Part shown: one piece after another, positions 22,654 to 36,204 of the stretch
Layout of the letters: the number at the start of each line of letters is the position of its first letter
Numbering within the stretch: position 1 is the stretch's first letter
Origin: an uncultured delta proteobacterium
GTDB taxonomy: Bacteria > Myxococcota > Kuafuiibacteriia > Kuafuiibacteriales > Kuafuiibacteriaceae
Length of the DNA stretch: 64,000 nt
Direction of reading: 5' to 3'
NCBI GenBank assembly: GCA_963803435.1
Contig: CAWDML010000001.1
Coordinates: 2,336,001-2,400,000 of the forward strand
Position numbers and translations under genes: made by a program
Notes under the pieces: model-generated
Seen by the model: only the letters and a program-made list of their open reading frames with translations
Told to the model about the DNA's origin: nothing
The model's database searches: none

Positions 22654-25600
22654 ATGATGCATCTTCGTTCGTTCGTCTTGATCGCGGTCTGTGGAACTCT
22701 GGGTTGGGCCGGGTATGGGGTATCAGTGCTGCGCGCCGGGAACGAGGCGCCGTTCTCGGAGGTCCTCGCCGCGGCCGGAGGCGAGTCCGGCTTCATGTCC
22801 AACAGCGACACGGGCGGCGGCAAGGACACGTACCGCATCTCCGCGTTGTCGGTCTTCTCGAACGTCGCGCTCCACGTAAAAGACAACTACGTCGATCCGG
22901 AGCGGATCGATCCGAAGGAGATGCTGATCTCCGCGCTGCGCGAGATCGAGCGCCAGGTCGCCGAGGTGCTGGTCGAGGACCTTGGTAACGGCCGCCTCAG
23001 CGTGCGCGTCATGGACCACGAGAAGGTGGTCTATATCGACGACGTCGAGAGCCTCTGGGAGATCAACCTCAAGCTGCGCGACGTCTTCCGATTCTTCGAG
23101 AAGTATCTACCTCCGCAGCAGGACGTCCGGGCCATCGAGTACGCTGCGGTCAACGGCGCCCTCGCCACGCTGGATCCCCACTCGGTCTTGCTGAAGCCGG
23201 AGGCGTTCGCCGAGATGAAGACCTCCACCAAGGGGGAGTTCGGCGGCCTCGGTATCGTGATCTCGGTGCGGGAGAGCAAGCTGACGATCGTTTCGCCCCT
23301 CGAGGGCACGCCCGCGTCCCGGGCCGGCTTGAAGGCCGGCGACGTGATCTCGCGGATCGGTGACGTCTCGACCGTCTCCATGCCGATCGAAGAGGCCGTG
23401 CGCATGCTGAGAGGCCCCGAGGGCTCGAAGGTGACGATCTGGGTCGACCGCAAGGGCTGGTCCGACTCGAAGCGCTTCGACATCGTTCGCGAGCGGATCA
23501 AGATCGAGTCGGTCGAGAGCAAGCTGCTCTCGAACAACGTCGGCTACATCAAGATCAAAAACTTCCAGCAGAACACCGGAAAGGACCTCGAGGATCAGCT
23601 CGACGACCTGAAGCACAAGGCGGACGGCAACCTGAAGGGCATCGTCGTCGATCTGCGCAACAACCCGGGCGGGCTGCTCGAGCAGGCGATCCGCGTCAGC
23701 GACAAGTTCCTCACCTCGGGCGACATCGTGACGACGGTCGGCTACGGCAACAAGCTGCGCGAGCCCAAGCGGGCCCGCTGGTCCGGTACGGAATCGGAGC
23801 TGCCGATCGCGGTGCTGGTCAACAAGGGGTCGGCCTCCGCCTCGGAGATCGTCGCGGGCGCGCTCAAGAACCTCGATCGCGCGGTGATCATCGGCGAGCG
23901 GACCTTCGGCAAGGGCTCGGTCCAGGTGCTGTACGACTTCGCCGACAACTCCGCGCTCAAGCTGACGATCGCCCAGTACCTCACGCCCGGCGGGATTCTC
24001 GATCCAGAACGAGGGTGTGGCCCCCGACTTCGAGCTCAAGCCGGCCAAGCTCGAGGAGAACTCGGTCCACCTCTTCTACGAGCCCGACGGCCACCGGGAG
24101 AAGAACCTCGACAAGCACCTCGATCGGGCCGGGACCAAGGCGATCCCGGAGAGCCATCCGAAGTTCACCCTGAAGTACCTCCAGGATCGGCCGCAGGACG
24201 ACGAGGATGTGGAAGAAGTGGCCGAGGACGATTTCAGCACCTTCGAGGAGGACTACCAGATCAAGTTCGCCCGCGAGTTCCTCTCCGCCGACGGACACCG
24301 CTCGCGCCAGAAGATGATCGAGCGGTCCGGTCCGTTCCTCCAGTCCCGCCAGAGCACGGAGGAGAAGCGGATCATCGAACGGATGAAGGCGCTCGGCATC
24401 GACTGGAGCGAGGGCCCGAAGGACGCGGGGATCGCGAAGATCGACGTCGATCTGACGCTTGCCAAGGGCGGCACCAAGGGCCGCATCGAGGCGGGCTCCG
24501 AGGTCGAGCTGGTGGCGACGGTGACCAACACCGGCGCCGGGCCGGTCCATCGGCTGCGCGGGCTGATCGAGTCGGAGCACCCGGCGTTCAAGGGCCGCGA
24601 GTTCCTCTTCGGCAGGCTGGATCCCGGCCAGACGCGCAAGTGGTCGATCACCACCAAGATCCCGAAGGAAGCGGCGTCGCGATCCGACGTCCTCACGCTG
24701 ACCCTCGCCTCTTCATCGGGCGACGTCGCCGGTGAGGCGGTGCTGCCGGTCGTCACCAAGTACGTGCCCCATCCGCAGTTCGCGTACACCTACGGGTACG
24801 ACGACGAGAAGCGCGGCGACGGCGACGGCGTCCTCGAGGTCGGCGAAGGCGTCGACTTCCTGATCTTCGTGACCAACACGGGTCCCGGCGACGCCGACGA
24901 TGTCTCGCTGCGGCTCAAGTCGGCGGCGAACGAACAGCTGTTCCTCGAGCGCGGCCGGGCCAGCATCGGACCGATCAAGTCGGGCGAGACGCGCATGGGC
25001 CGGCTCAGGTTCCGGATCCCCTCGAGCTCGCACATCGCCAACCAGGATCTCGCGCTGGAGCTGACGATCTACGACAGCGGAACCGGCGAGTGGCTCGAGG
25101 ATCAATTCGCAGTGGTCGCGAAGGCGGCGCACTACAACAAGCTGGTGAAGAAGACGGGGCTCGGCACGATCGCGCGCGATGCGGTGGTCTACGCCATCCC
25201 GGGGAGCGACATCCTCGCCTCCGCGAAGAAAGGGACCAAGCTCAGCGTCGACGGCAAGAATGGCGAGTTCTACCGGGTCGGTCTCGTCGACGAGGCCACC
25301 GGCTGGGTCAAGGCGAGCGACCTCAAGCTCAAGAGTGGCCAGCAGAAGACCCCCGCACTGGTGTCGTACCGGCCCAAACGCCGCCCGCCGACGATCGAGC
25401 TCTCGAACGATCTGGGGGGCAGCGTCGTGGATTCGGAGACCGTGGAGCTCAGCGGCAAGATCGCGGGGCGCAGCCTGCGAGACATGTACGTGCTCGTGAA
25501 CGACAAGAAGGTCTTCTTCAAGAGCGGGCCCGAGGCCCAGCCCGGCACGGCCGATCCAACCGGCATCGCGGAGCCCAACGATCACTCGGTCGAGCTCCCG

Positions 25601-25771
25601 TTCAAGCTCGATCTGCGCCTCGACGAAGGCCTGAACAAGGTGCTCGTGGTGGCTCGGCTCGACGAAAAAGTGATCAGCTACCGAAGCTTGTTCGTATCTC
25701 GCCGCGCCAGCCCGCACCCAGCGGTCGCCACCACCGACACGCCGGCGAAGACGGCAAAGCAATCGCCGTAG
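22654..25771 (+). CDS. Long S41 tail-specific protease (MXAN_5808-like), frameshift near 23998
   Basis: PDZ (FGGLG), DLRNNPGG, SASASEIVAGAL, FGKGSVQ; continues in the 24017 frame. Confidence 0.85.
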
Positions 25772-25862
25772 TAGACCGCATCGTGACCTGTGGCACGCGT
25801 CCACGACGGTCACCACGAGCTCATCCATCCTCGCTGGCCTTCTCTTTGCTCGCGGTCGAGGG

Positions 25863-26435
25863 ATGGCGAACATCTTCAAGCAACTCTCAGACGAGCACGA
25901 CGAGATCCGAAAACTCATCGAGACCCTCGCTCAGGACGAAGGCGACCGCATGCCCGTCTTCGACGAGCTGCGCCGCACGCTGCTCGCCCACTCGAAGGGT
26001 GAAGAGGAAGAGTTCTACTCGCAGATTCGATCGCTCGACGAAGAGATCGCGTCCAGGGTCGAGGATTCGCTCCAGGAGCACCAGGAGATCGAGAAGATTT
26101 TCCAGCGGATGGTGCGCTCGCTCAGCGATGACGAGCGATTTGCCGTTTGGCTGGAGGAGCTTCGAGACAACGTGGAGCAGCACACCGACACCGAGGAGAG
26201 TGAGCTCTTTCCGCTGGTGGAACAGCACATGTCCGAGTCGGAGCTGGCAGAGCTCAACGATCGCTACCTCGCTGCCCGGCAGGCCGCCATGGAGGCGCTC
26301 GAGCCGACCGGCGACGCCTACTCGCACATGACGAAGGATGAGCTCTACGAGGAGGCGAAGGCGGCGGACATCTCGGGGAGGTCGACGATGACCCGCGAAG
26401 AGCTCGAGGAGCAGCTCCGCGAGCTCGAGGAATGA
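25863..26435 (+). CDS. Hemerythrin-like (HHE) protein with Rho-N-like tail
   Basis: H..EE, EH and H..EE motifs; TKDELYEEAKAADISGRSTMTREEL. Confidence 0.8.
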   Translation: MANIFKQLSDEHDEIRKLIETLAQDEGDRMPVFDELRRTLLAHSKGEEEEFYSQIRSLDEEIASRVEDSLQEHQEIEKIFQRMVRSLSDDERFAVWLEELRDNVEQHTDTEESELFPLVEQHMSESELAELNDRYLAARQAAMEALEPTGDAYSHMTKDELYEEAKAADISGRSTMTREELEEQLRELEE

Positions 26436-26439
26436 GCGG

Positions 26440-26862
26440 TCACTGGGGCCGACCGACGAAGCCGCTGGAGAAGTGACGGATTGTTCCGGTCGCGACTCCG
26501 TCGCTGATCTGGGCGTCCTCGACCCTGCGGTACTCCGGGCTGCCGGCGCTCCAGTAGAAGATCAGGCTCGCCGGATCCGAGTCGCTGTACGGCATGGTCA
26601 CGCGGACCGGCTGCGCGAAGTCGGTGCCGTTCGGGGCGCACGACCAGACCTCGCTGACGGCCGTGAAGGGCGCGTCGCTCGGGAGCGCGATCTTCTCCAG
26701 CACGACGTGGATCTCCTGGCTGACCGCGCCCGCCGGGAACTCGAGCGTGGGTCCGCCCGCCACCGAGACGGTGCCTCCCTCGGGGCCGATCACGTCGGGA
26801 TCGGCCCCGCAGCCGAGGCTCGCGCCGAGGAGGATCAGTATGGGAAGGAGGCGCCTCCGCAT
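26440..26862 (-). CDS. ZU5-like lipoprotein
   Basis: Lipobox LGC; IGPEGG, FPAGAV, F..PV, HFS. Confidence 0.6.
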   Translation of the reverse strand: MRRRLLPILILLGASLGCGADPDVIGPEGGTVSVAGGPTLEFPAGAVSQEIHVVLEKIALPSDAPFTAVSEVWSCAPNGTDFAQPVRVTMPYSDSDPASLIFYWSAGSPEYRRVEDAQISDGVATGTIRHFSSGFVGRPQ

Positions 26863-27197
26863 CCGGCGGACTCTACCACGTGGAGGCGCTCGTCGATGGC
26901 GGCGCGGTCGTCCGGGGCCAGCTGGGAGAACCGAACGCGCACGAAGAACGGATGATCCCGATCCCGCGTCCCTTCCATCGGATCATAGTCGATGAGCTCG
27001 GCGGTCGCCCGGCGGACCCGGGACTCTCCCGGCAGGCTGAAGGCGATCTGAAATCGCTGCGCCTCGGGGGCCCGCGGAAACTCGAACCCCACCCCGCCGG
27101 TCGAGACGTCCCCGAGGCGATCGGTCCAGGCGCGGTCATCCCCCAGGCCGCGCACGAAGAGCCGAGTCGGGATTCGGATGCTGTTGCGACGCTCCAT
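26835..27197 (-). CDS. PilZ-domain protein
   Basis: ERRNSIR and DVSTGG (RxxxR, DxSxxG). Confidence 0.8.
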   Translation of the reverse strand: MERRNSIRIPTRLFVRGLGDDRAWTDRLGDVSTGGVGFEFPRAPEAQRFQIAFSLPGESRVRRATAELIDYDPMEGTRDRDHPFFVRVRFSQLAPDDRAAIDERLHVVESAGCGGASFPY

Positions 27198-27279
27198 GTG
27201 CGGCATGGTGATCCGAGGTGATCGATCGGTCAAAAAATCGGGCCGCGGTCCCGGCCGGGCTAGAGTCCGGAGGCTGAGG

Positions 27280-28641
27280 ATGCTGAGGAAGCTGTCGCTC
27301 GGCCTCGTCTTTCTTCTCGCGTGCCCGCGCACCGTGACGCTGACGCAGATCGAGGTCCCGGCCCGCCTCCCCTTCACCATCGCCCGCGACGTGGGCCAGG
27401 CGCTGGCGAAGGCCAACGATCTCGATCTCGACGCGCCCCGCTGGCGGGTCCTCGGCGGGCACGAGGCGGCCGGATACATCGTCGAGCACTACCGGCTGGG
27501 ACGCGGGCTCCACCTGCTCCTCTCGATCGATCACGACGCGCACGCCTTCACACATCAGCTCTGGTTCGACGCGCGCGACCTCGATCCGAAGACTTCGGCC
27601 GCCTTGATCGAGCTCTACCGCGATCACCCGGGCTCGAAGCGCATGCGCTCGTACGAGCTGGCCGGTGCCCGCACGTCCGCCGGGATCTCGCGGGAGCTCG
27701 GCTTCTTCGCGGCGACGGCCCCCACCAAGCTCGGGGACGCCGCGCCGTTCGAGAGCATCGCCCGGCTGGAGGCGGAGCGGCTCAGCGTCGCGCTCGATCC
27801 CGCGGGAGCAATCCAGCGTTCGTCCCGGCTGATGGATCCGCGCGCTCTGGTGGATCAGGCGATGCTCCGGGCGCTCCGACAGCGCACGGAGATCGGCCGG
27901 CCCGAGCCGCTGACGCCCGAGTCGCTGCGGAAGACGGCCGCCGAGACGCTGGCGGCGCAGCGCCTGGTCCTCGTGATCGCAGGCGACGTGGATCGCACCG
28001 AGGTGCTCTCGCTGCTGCGAGCGCTGCACGCGTCCCGCGGTACGGTCGGCGACGTCGAGTCCAAGAAGACCGAGGTCCGCACCCATCCGCCCGCGTTCGC
28101 CGTCGAGGTCCCCATCCCCGCCGACGACCGGGAGCTCCTCCTGGGATGGACGATCGATCCGGCCACCGCGGGACCTCCGCTCGAGGCCGCCGCGCACGTG
28201 CTGGCGGCGGGCGATCCGAGCCGCCTCGCGCTCCGCCTCGGCGAGGGTGTGAGCGGGATCCGCGCCCGCGCGGTCGAGGGTGCGCGCACGTTCGAAGTGA
28301 CCGTGATCCTCGAGCCGACGATCACCTCCACCAGGGCCGCCCAGCGGGTTCGGGACGAGATCGCGGCGGTGGCGAAGGGTGAAGGAAGCCAGGCGCAGCT
28401 CGAACGCGCCCGCGCGCGGATGATCGACGACGTGCTCGGACAGGCCAGCGGGCTCGAGACCCGCGCCGAGCTGTTCGCCTCGGCGTTCCTGATGAGCGGG
28501 AGCGTCGACGCGATCGATCTCCGGCTGGCCGAGCTCTCGAGCCTCGACGCCGCCGCGGTGAGCGCCGCGGTCAAGGATCACCTCTCGACGCGCGCACCGG
28601 CGATGGTGCTCGGTGTGCCACAGAAGGAGGGCGGCTCCTGA
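27280..28641 (+). CDS. Divergent M16 peptidase-like protein
   Basis: LVLVIAGDVD, LERARARM; no HxxEH. Confidence 0.55.
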   Translation: MLRKLSLGLVFLLACPRTVTLTQIEVPARLPFTIARDVGQALAKANDLDLDAPRWRVLGGHEAAGYIVEHYRLGRGLHLLLSIDHDAHAFTHQLWFDARDLDPKTSAALIELYRDHPGSKRMRSYELAGARTSAGISRELGFFAATAPTKLGDAAPFESIARLEAERLSVALDPAGAIQRSSRLMDPRALVDQAMLRALRQRTEIGRPEPLTPESLRKTAAETLAAQRLVLVIAGDVDRTEVLSLLRALHASRGTVGDVESKKTEVRTHPPAFAVEVPIPADDRELLLGWTIDPATAGPPLEAAAHVLAAGDPSRLALRLGEGVSGIRARAVEGARTFEVTVILEPTITSTRAAQRVRDEIAAVAKGEGSQAQLERARARMIDDVLGQASGLETRAELFASAFLMSGSVDAIDLRLAELSSLDAAAVSAAVKDHLSTRAPAMVLGVPQKEGGS

Positions 28642-29864
28642 TCCCCGTGCTGTTCGCGCTGGTGGCGGCCGCTCCCGAGGTCGTGGCCCTTCCCGACGAC
28701 GGCCCGCCCTGGGCGGAGCTGCGCATCGCGCTGCCCGGCGGCACCAACAGCGATCCCAAGGACAAGAGCGGGCTGGCCCACGTGGCAGCGGTCATGCTCG
28801 AGCGGCGGCTCTCGTCGATCGGCGCGAAGGTGATCCTGGGGAGGCACGGCCTCGCCGTCAGCGCCGGCGCGCCCACCGCCGAGATCGAGCACGCTGCGAT
28901 CGCGGCGATCGACGCGATCGCGGCCGAGCCGGTCACGGCCGAGGTGGACGCCGCCGTCCGGATCGCCTCCCAGCGCCGGCGGAGGTTCGCTGACGACGAC
29001 CGCGCCCTCGCCGAGATGGAGCTCGAGCGCACCCTGGGTCCGGCCGAGCACCTCCTGGGCGCGCCCGAGTCGCTCGCGACCATCACCCGCGACGACGTCC
29101 TCCTGCACGAGCGGCGGAACTGGGTCGCGGATCGAACGCTCGTGGTGATCTCGGGTCGGTTCGATCCCGAGGCTCCTAAGCACCTGGCCGCGCGGCTGGA
29201 GAAGATGACCCGCCCGCAGGTGAAGAAGGAAGCGCCCGCCCGCGAGGCGCCGGCGCGTCAACCCAGCTTGCGCGTACTCTTGATCGACAAGCCGAACCGA
29301 CGCCTCGCCCAGGTGGCGATTGGACGGCGGGTCCCCACGATTGGTGCCGCCGAGCTGGCCGCCAACGCCGGGCTGGGCGGGAGCATGAGCGGGCGCTTGA
29401 CCGAGGCGATGCTGCGGACGCCCGCAGTCGGCGCTTATGCGTTCAGCGCGGTGCGCGACGATCACCTCGTGGTCTGGTCGGCGGTCGAGCCCTCGAAGAC
29501 GGCGGCCGCCGTCACCCGGATCCTCGAGGCGCTCGCGTCTGTCGCCAAGGAGGGGCTGGCGCCGCCGGAGATCCTGCTCGGCAAGCGCACCGCCGCCGCG
29601 CAAGCCGAGTTGACACAACGTGACGCCGCCTCCCGAGCCGACGCACAGGTCCGCGCCCACCTGTCGGCGCTGGCGCGCACCGCACAGACCGCTCGATTCC
29701 TTGAGCTGGGCGAGGACGAGGTGAAGCGCGCCGCCCGGGGGCTGGCCGCGTCGGAGGGTCTCGCGATCGTGGTGGTGGCCAGCGCGACCGCCGACCTACA
29801 GGCCGCGCTGGTGGCCGTCCCCGGCGTGAAGGAGGTCCAGGTGGCGCGCTACGATCTGCGGTAG
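28638..29864 (+). CDS. M16 peptidase-like, non-catalytic subunit
   Basis: DPKDKSGLAH, ITRDDV, LGGSMSGRL; HxxEH degenerate. Confidence 0.7.
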   Translation: MIPVLFALVAAAPEVVALPDDGPPWAELRIALPGGTNSDPKDKSGLAHVAAVMLERRLSSIGAKVILGRHGLAVSAGAPTAEIEHAAIAAIDAIAAEPVTAEVDAAVRIASQRRRRFADDDRALAEMELERTLGPAEHLLGAPESLATITRDDVLLHERRNWVADRTLVVISGRFDPEAPKHLAARLEKMTRPQVKKEAPAREAPARQPSLRVLLIDKPNRRLAQVAIGRRVPTIGAAELAANAGLGGSMSGRLTEAMLRTPAVGAYAFSAVRDDHLVVWSAVEPSKTAAAVTRILEALASVAKEGLAPPEILLGKRTAAAQAELTQRDAASRADAQVRAHLSALARTAQTARFLELGEDEVKRAARGLAASEGLAIVVVASATADLQAALVAVPGVKEVQVARYDLR

Positions 29865-29900
29865 CAGCCGTGCTTGATCGGAGCTCCGGGGCGCGGCTAG

Positions 29901-31153
29901 ATGAGGCCGATGGTCCTGCTGCTCGCGCTGTTCGCGGCCTGCGCCCCGCCGAAGGCGAGCGAGCCCGTGCTCCTGGTGGTCGGAGCGGCCGACGAGGGTC
30001 TGCTCGTCGACAAGTCGGAGATCGAGGACAGGCTCTACGCGGCGGCCAAGGGGCGCCTGACGTTCGTGGCGAGAGACGTCGCCCGGCGCGCAACCCAGGC
30101 GGAGGGCGGCCAGACCAACCGCGAGGCGACGCTGGTGAAGGCGCGCGTGCTGGTCAAGCGCGCGGAAGAGCAGTTCCGCGAGCTGGATGACGAGCAGGCG
30201 CTGGAGCTCATCGCGAAGGCGACGGCGAACCTGGCCTCGGTCCACCAGGAGGAGGGCGCGATCCAGCTCCTGTCGCGCGCGCACCTCCTGGCAGCGGCGA
30301 TCTACCTCGCGCGGGAGCGCGTGCCCGCCGCGAAGAACCGCCTCCAGCGCGCGCTCGATCTCGATCCGAAGATCGAGCCCGATCAACGCAAGTTCTCGCC
30401 GCGCGTCCTCACCGAGCTGGCGGCGCTGCGGGCTGCGGAGTCGACGCGCCCTGCGGGGAGCCTCGAGGTGCGGCTCTCGAACGAGGGACTGCTCGCGTCC
30501 GTGTTCGTGGATGGGCGCCTCCGGGGATTGACCCCGATGATGCTCGAATCGATCGGTGAAGGTCGCCATCTCCTCCGCGTCTGGGCGCCGGGCTTTCAGA
30601 GCTACATCGCGAGCGTGTCGATCGCGGGGGGCCGCTCGCGCGTCGAGACGGCGCACCTGGTACCCGACGACGAGATCCGGGAGATCGTCGACCTGCCGCG
30701 GAAGCTCCGGCGGGGGACGATCCCTCCGCGACGCTGCTGCTCTTGGCGAAGCGCGCCGAGGTCGAGCGCGCGATCCTGGCCTCGCTCGTGCTCTCGAGCG
30801 CGCGGACCCCCACCGGAGACGCGGCGATCGGCGTCGAGATCTTCGTCCCGAAGGCCGGCCGGTCGTTCGCGCCCACCGACGACGCCGTGGCGCTCGAAGC
30901 GGCGCTCGATCGTGCGCTCCGCTGCGACGACTCGGGGCCGAAGCCCACCACGCTGGCGCCGAGCGCGATCGGGCTCGACGCCGGGCGCGTCCATCCCATG
31001 CCGGTGCCCACGGCGACCGCCTGGTGGAACCGGCCCTGGTTCTGGGGCGTGGCTGCGGCGGTCGTGCTGGCGGCGGCCGGCGGGGTGGTGGCGGCTCGGG
31101 CGGCGCAAGGGCCGCCCGAGGTCGTCGAAGTCACGCTCGTCCCGCGCCCTTGA
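29901..31153 (+). CDS. TPR/PEGA-domain lipoprotein (frameshift near 30720)
   Basis: Lipobox AAC; VFVDGRLRGLTP; WWNRPWFWG plus TM in the second frame. Confidence 0.7.
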
Positions 31154-31183
31154 GGCCCACTTCGACTTTCGTCACTTCCGGGC

Positions 31184-31211
31184 TTGACGGCGGGAGCAGA
31201 CGTGCTAAAAG
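31184..31211 (+). promoter_or_regulatory. groESL promoter
   Basis: TTGACG-N16-TAAAAG with extended TG. Confidence 0.55.
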
Positions 31212-31219
31212 TCCGGCCG

Positions 31220-31247
31220 TTAGCAGCCACACCCCCCGTGTGGCTAA
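31220..31247. promoter_or_regulatory. CIRCE-like inverted repeat
   Basis: TTAGCAGCCACACCCCCCGTGTGGCTAA versus TTAGCACTC-N9-GAGTGCTAA. Confidence 0.6.
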
Positions 31248-31296
31248 ACCAAATCAAAAGTTTTCGGAGTTTCGAGTAGTTAAGGAGTAGGTGGCA

Positions 31297-31587
31297 ATGG
31301 CTAAGTTTCGTCCCCTCCACGATCGTCTTCTGGTGAAACGCGTCGAAGCCGAGGAGAAATCCAAGGGCGGCATCATCATCCCCGACTCGGCCAAGGAGAA
31401 GCCGGTCGAGGGTGAAGTGATGGCGGTCGGCAGCGGCAAGACCCTCGACGACGGCAAGGTCCGCGCCCTCGAGGTCAAGGTCGGCCAGAAGATCCTCTTC
31501 GGCAAGTACAGCGGCACCGAGATCAAGATCGAAGGCGTCGAGCACATCATCCTCCGCGAGGATGAGGTCCTAGGCATCCTCGAGTAA
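31297..31587 (+). CDS. groES: Co-chaperonin GroES
   Basis: [19 protein letters not shown]. Confidence 0.98.
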   Translation: MAKFRPLHDRLLVKRVEAEEKSKGGIIIPDSAKEKPVEGEVMAVGSGKTLDDGKVRALEVKVGQKILFGKYSGTEIKIEGVEHIILREDEVLGILE

Positions 31588-31604
31588 GCCGCGCGGCGCA
31601 GTAG

Positions 31605-33272
<1,668 letters not shown>

Positions 33273-33289
33273 CCCGGGACCGTCGAGAG

Positions 33290-33330
33290 AGCCCCGCTCT
33301 GTCCTCTTTGGGAGAGCGGGGCTTCTTTTT
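33290..33330 (+). terminator. Rho-independent terminator after groEL
   Basis: AGCCCCGCTCT...AGAGCGGGGCT stem followed by TCTTTTT. Confidence 0.85.
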
Positions 33331-33343
33331 GTCTGTTTTTTAT

Positions 33344-33357
33344 ATTATGAACATAAT
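33344..33357. promoter_or_regulatory. Candidate TetR operator
   Basis: Palindrome ATTATG-AA-CATAAT 6 bp before the TetR ATG. Confidence 0.55.
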
Positions 33358-33363
33358 TCTATA

Positions 33364-33927
33364 ATGACCCGCTATCCCGTCGAGCACCGGGCAGAGACGC
33401 ACCGCCGGATCCTGGCGGCCGCCGGGCGGCTCTTCCGGACCGAGGGCTACGCGGCCTCCGGGCTCGTCAAGGTGATGTCCGCCGCCGGCCTCACGGTGGG
33501 CGGGTTCTACGCGCACTTCGACTCGAAGGAGTCGCTCCTGGCCGAGGTGCTCGGCGAGTCGCTCGCCACCACCCGGAACGTCCTCTTGGCAGGGCTCGAG
33601 GACCTCCAAGGCCGCGCGTTCGTCGCCGAGCTGATGCGGCGCTACCTGTCCCGCGCGCATCGAGACCTGCCCGCCGACGGCTGCTCGCTCCCCTCGTTGA
33701 CGGGAGAGGTCGCCCGTCAGAGCGAGGCGACGCGCCAGGTCTTCCAGGACTATCTCGAACGCTTGATCGCACCGGTCGAGGCGCACATGTCCCGAGACCG
33801 GGCGCTCGCGCTGATCTGCTTGGCGGTCGGGGGGATCATGTTCGCCCGGGCGGTGAAGGATCGCGAGCTGTCGGATCGCATCCTGTTGGCTTGCCGGCGC
33901 TTCGCCGTCGGGGAGGAGAACGAATGA
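33364..33927 (+). CDS. TetR family regulator
   Basis: AAGLTVGGFYAHFDSKE. Confidence 0.9.
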   Translation: MTRYPVEHRAETHRRILAAAGRLFRTEGYAASGLVKVMSAAGLTVGGFYAHFDSKESLLAEVLGESLATTRNVLLAGLEDLQGRAFVAELMRRYLSRAHRDLPADGCSLPSLTGEVARQSEATRQVFQDYLERLIAPVEAHMSRDRALALICLAVGGIMFARAVKDRELSDRILLACRRFAVGEENE

Positions 33928-36178
33928 GCGCGCATCAAACGGCCTGCATCCTGTGCTCGCGCAACTGCGGGATCGAGGTCGAAGTCGAGGGCAACCGGCT
34001 CGTGAAGATCCGCGGCGACGCCGCCCATCCGGTGTCGCAGGGCTATCTCTGCCAGAAGGCCGCGCGACTCGACTACTACCAGAACCACGAGGACCGCCTC
34101 ACCCGCCCGCTCAGGCGGCGGAGCGACGGCACGTTCGAGCCGGTCTCTTGGGAGGCGGCCCTCTCGGAGATCGCGGACCGCCTGCTCTCGATCCGCAAGG
34201 CGCACGGCGGCCCCGCGTTCGCGTTCTACGGCGGTGGCGGCCAGGGCAACCATCTGGGCGGGGCGTACGGCACGTCCCTGCTCCGGGCGATGAAGAGCCC
34301 GTACCTCTACAGCGCCCTGGCGCAGGAGAAGACGGGTGACTTCTGGGTCAACGGGAAGCTGTTCGGCCGTCAGACCTGCCACATCACGGAGGACATCGAG
34401 CACGCCGACTTCGTGCTCTTCATCGGGACCAACCCCTGGCAGGCGCACGGGATCAGGAACGCGCGGGACACCGTGCGCGAGCTCGGCCGCGACGGCTCGC
34501 GACGGATGGTGGTGATCGACCCGCGGAGGACGGAGACCGCCCAAAAGGCGGACGTGCACCTTCAGCTTCGACCCGGCACCGACGCCTTCCTCCTCTCCGC
34601 GATGCTGGCCATCATGAATCGCGAGAGCCTGCTCGACCTCGACTTCATCGGCGCCCACACCGTCGACTTCGAGCGGGTGAAGGCGGCGCTGGAGCGGATC
34701 CCGATCCAGGCCTTCGTGGAACGCGCGGGCGTGGCGCTGGCCGACGTCGAGCGGGTGGCGTGCGACTTCGCCGCCGCCCCCTCGGCGTGCGTGCGGGTGG
34801 ATCTCGGGATCCAACAGTCGCTGCACAGCACGCTCAACTCCTACCTGGAGAAGCTGCTGTTCCTGCTCACCGGGAACTTCGCCAGGCAGGGCGGCAACAA
34901 CTTCCACTCCTTCTTCCTGCCGCTGGTCGGCCATTCGCACGACGACAGCCCACGCACGCGCGCCACCCAGATCGCCGCGATCGGAAGCTCTACCCGCCCA
35001 ACGTGCTTCCGCTCGAGATCGACAACGAGCGCGACGATCGGGTCCGCGCGCTCTGGGTGGACAGCGCCAATCCGATGATGAGCGGCGCGGACACGCAGGC
35101 CTACCGGAAGGCCTTCGCGCGGCTCGAGCTCGCCGTGGTGGTCGACGTCGCCATGACCGAGACGGCCCGCGCCGCCCATTTCGTGCTGCCAGCCGCCTCC
35201 CAGTTCGAGAAGTGGGAGGCGACCGGCTTCAACCTGGAGTTCCCCGAGAACTCGTTTCATCTGCGGGCGCCGATCTTCGAGCCGCTGGGCGATTCGAGAC
35301 CCGAGCCCGAGATCTACGGCGAGCTCCTGACCCGGATGGGCGAGCTCCCCGCCCGCCATCCGATCCTCGAACGGATCGCGCGCCTCGACCGTGCCGCGCC
35401 GCGCCTCGGTCTGTTCATGGGGGCGATGGCCGCCGCCGCCGTCTTGCAACCCCGGTTGCGCGACCACGGCGCGCACGTGCTCTACCGGACGCTCGGCCGC
35501 ACCCTTCCCGACCACGCAGCCGCTGCCGCGCCGATCTGGTTCCTCGCGCACGGCTACGCCCGCAAGCACCGCGAGGCCGTCACCCGCGCGGGACATCGCG
35601 CCGGCTTCGGCCTCACGCTCGGCGAGTCGCTGTTCGCTTCGATCCTGGGCTCGCGCGCAGGCACGATCATCTCCCGCCACCTCTATGAGGACTGTTGGCG
35701 GTTCATCCGCCACCCGGACCGCAAGATCCATCTCGAGATCCCGCAGATGATCGAAGCCCTCGACGCGCTCCGCGACGAACCCCCACCTGCGGCCGACTTC
35801 CCGTTCGTGCTGATCGCGGGCGAGCGCCGGGCGTACAACGCCAACACGATCTACCGCGATCCCGCCTGGCGGAAGAACGACGCGGCCGGCGCCCTCAGGA
35901 TCCATCCCGCCGACGCGGACCACCTGGGGCTCCAGACCGGCGACCGCGCGATCTGTCGCTCCGCGCGCGGACAGGTCGAGGTCACGATCGAGCGCCACGA
36001 CGCGATCCGGCCCGGCGTCGTCACGCTCCCCCACGGGTACGGCCTGCGCTATGCCGAAGGCGAGACCCACGGCCCGGCGATCAATCAGCTCACCGATTCC
36101 GCACATCGCGACCCGATCGCCGGGACGCCGTTTCACAAGTACGTGCCGGTGAGGATCGAACGCCCGCCGGTGGGGTGA
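33924..36178 (+). CDS. Molybdopterin oxidoreductase (frameshift near 34985)
   Basis: CILCSRNC...C Fe-S motif, VVIDPRRTETA, VLPAASQFEK, IHPADA. Confidence 0.88.
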
Positions 36179-36204
36179 CGCGTCATCTGCGGTATGATCG
36201 AGCC

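Noticed and set aside
25791-25806. Sigma-54 promoter (TGGCACG) before the hemerythrin gene
   Set aside because: No GC dinucleotide at the -12 position.
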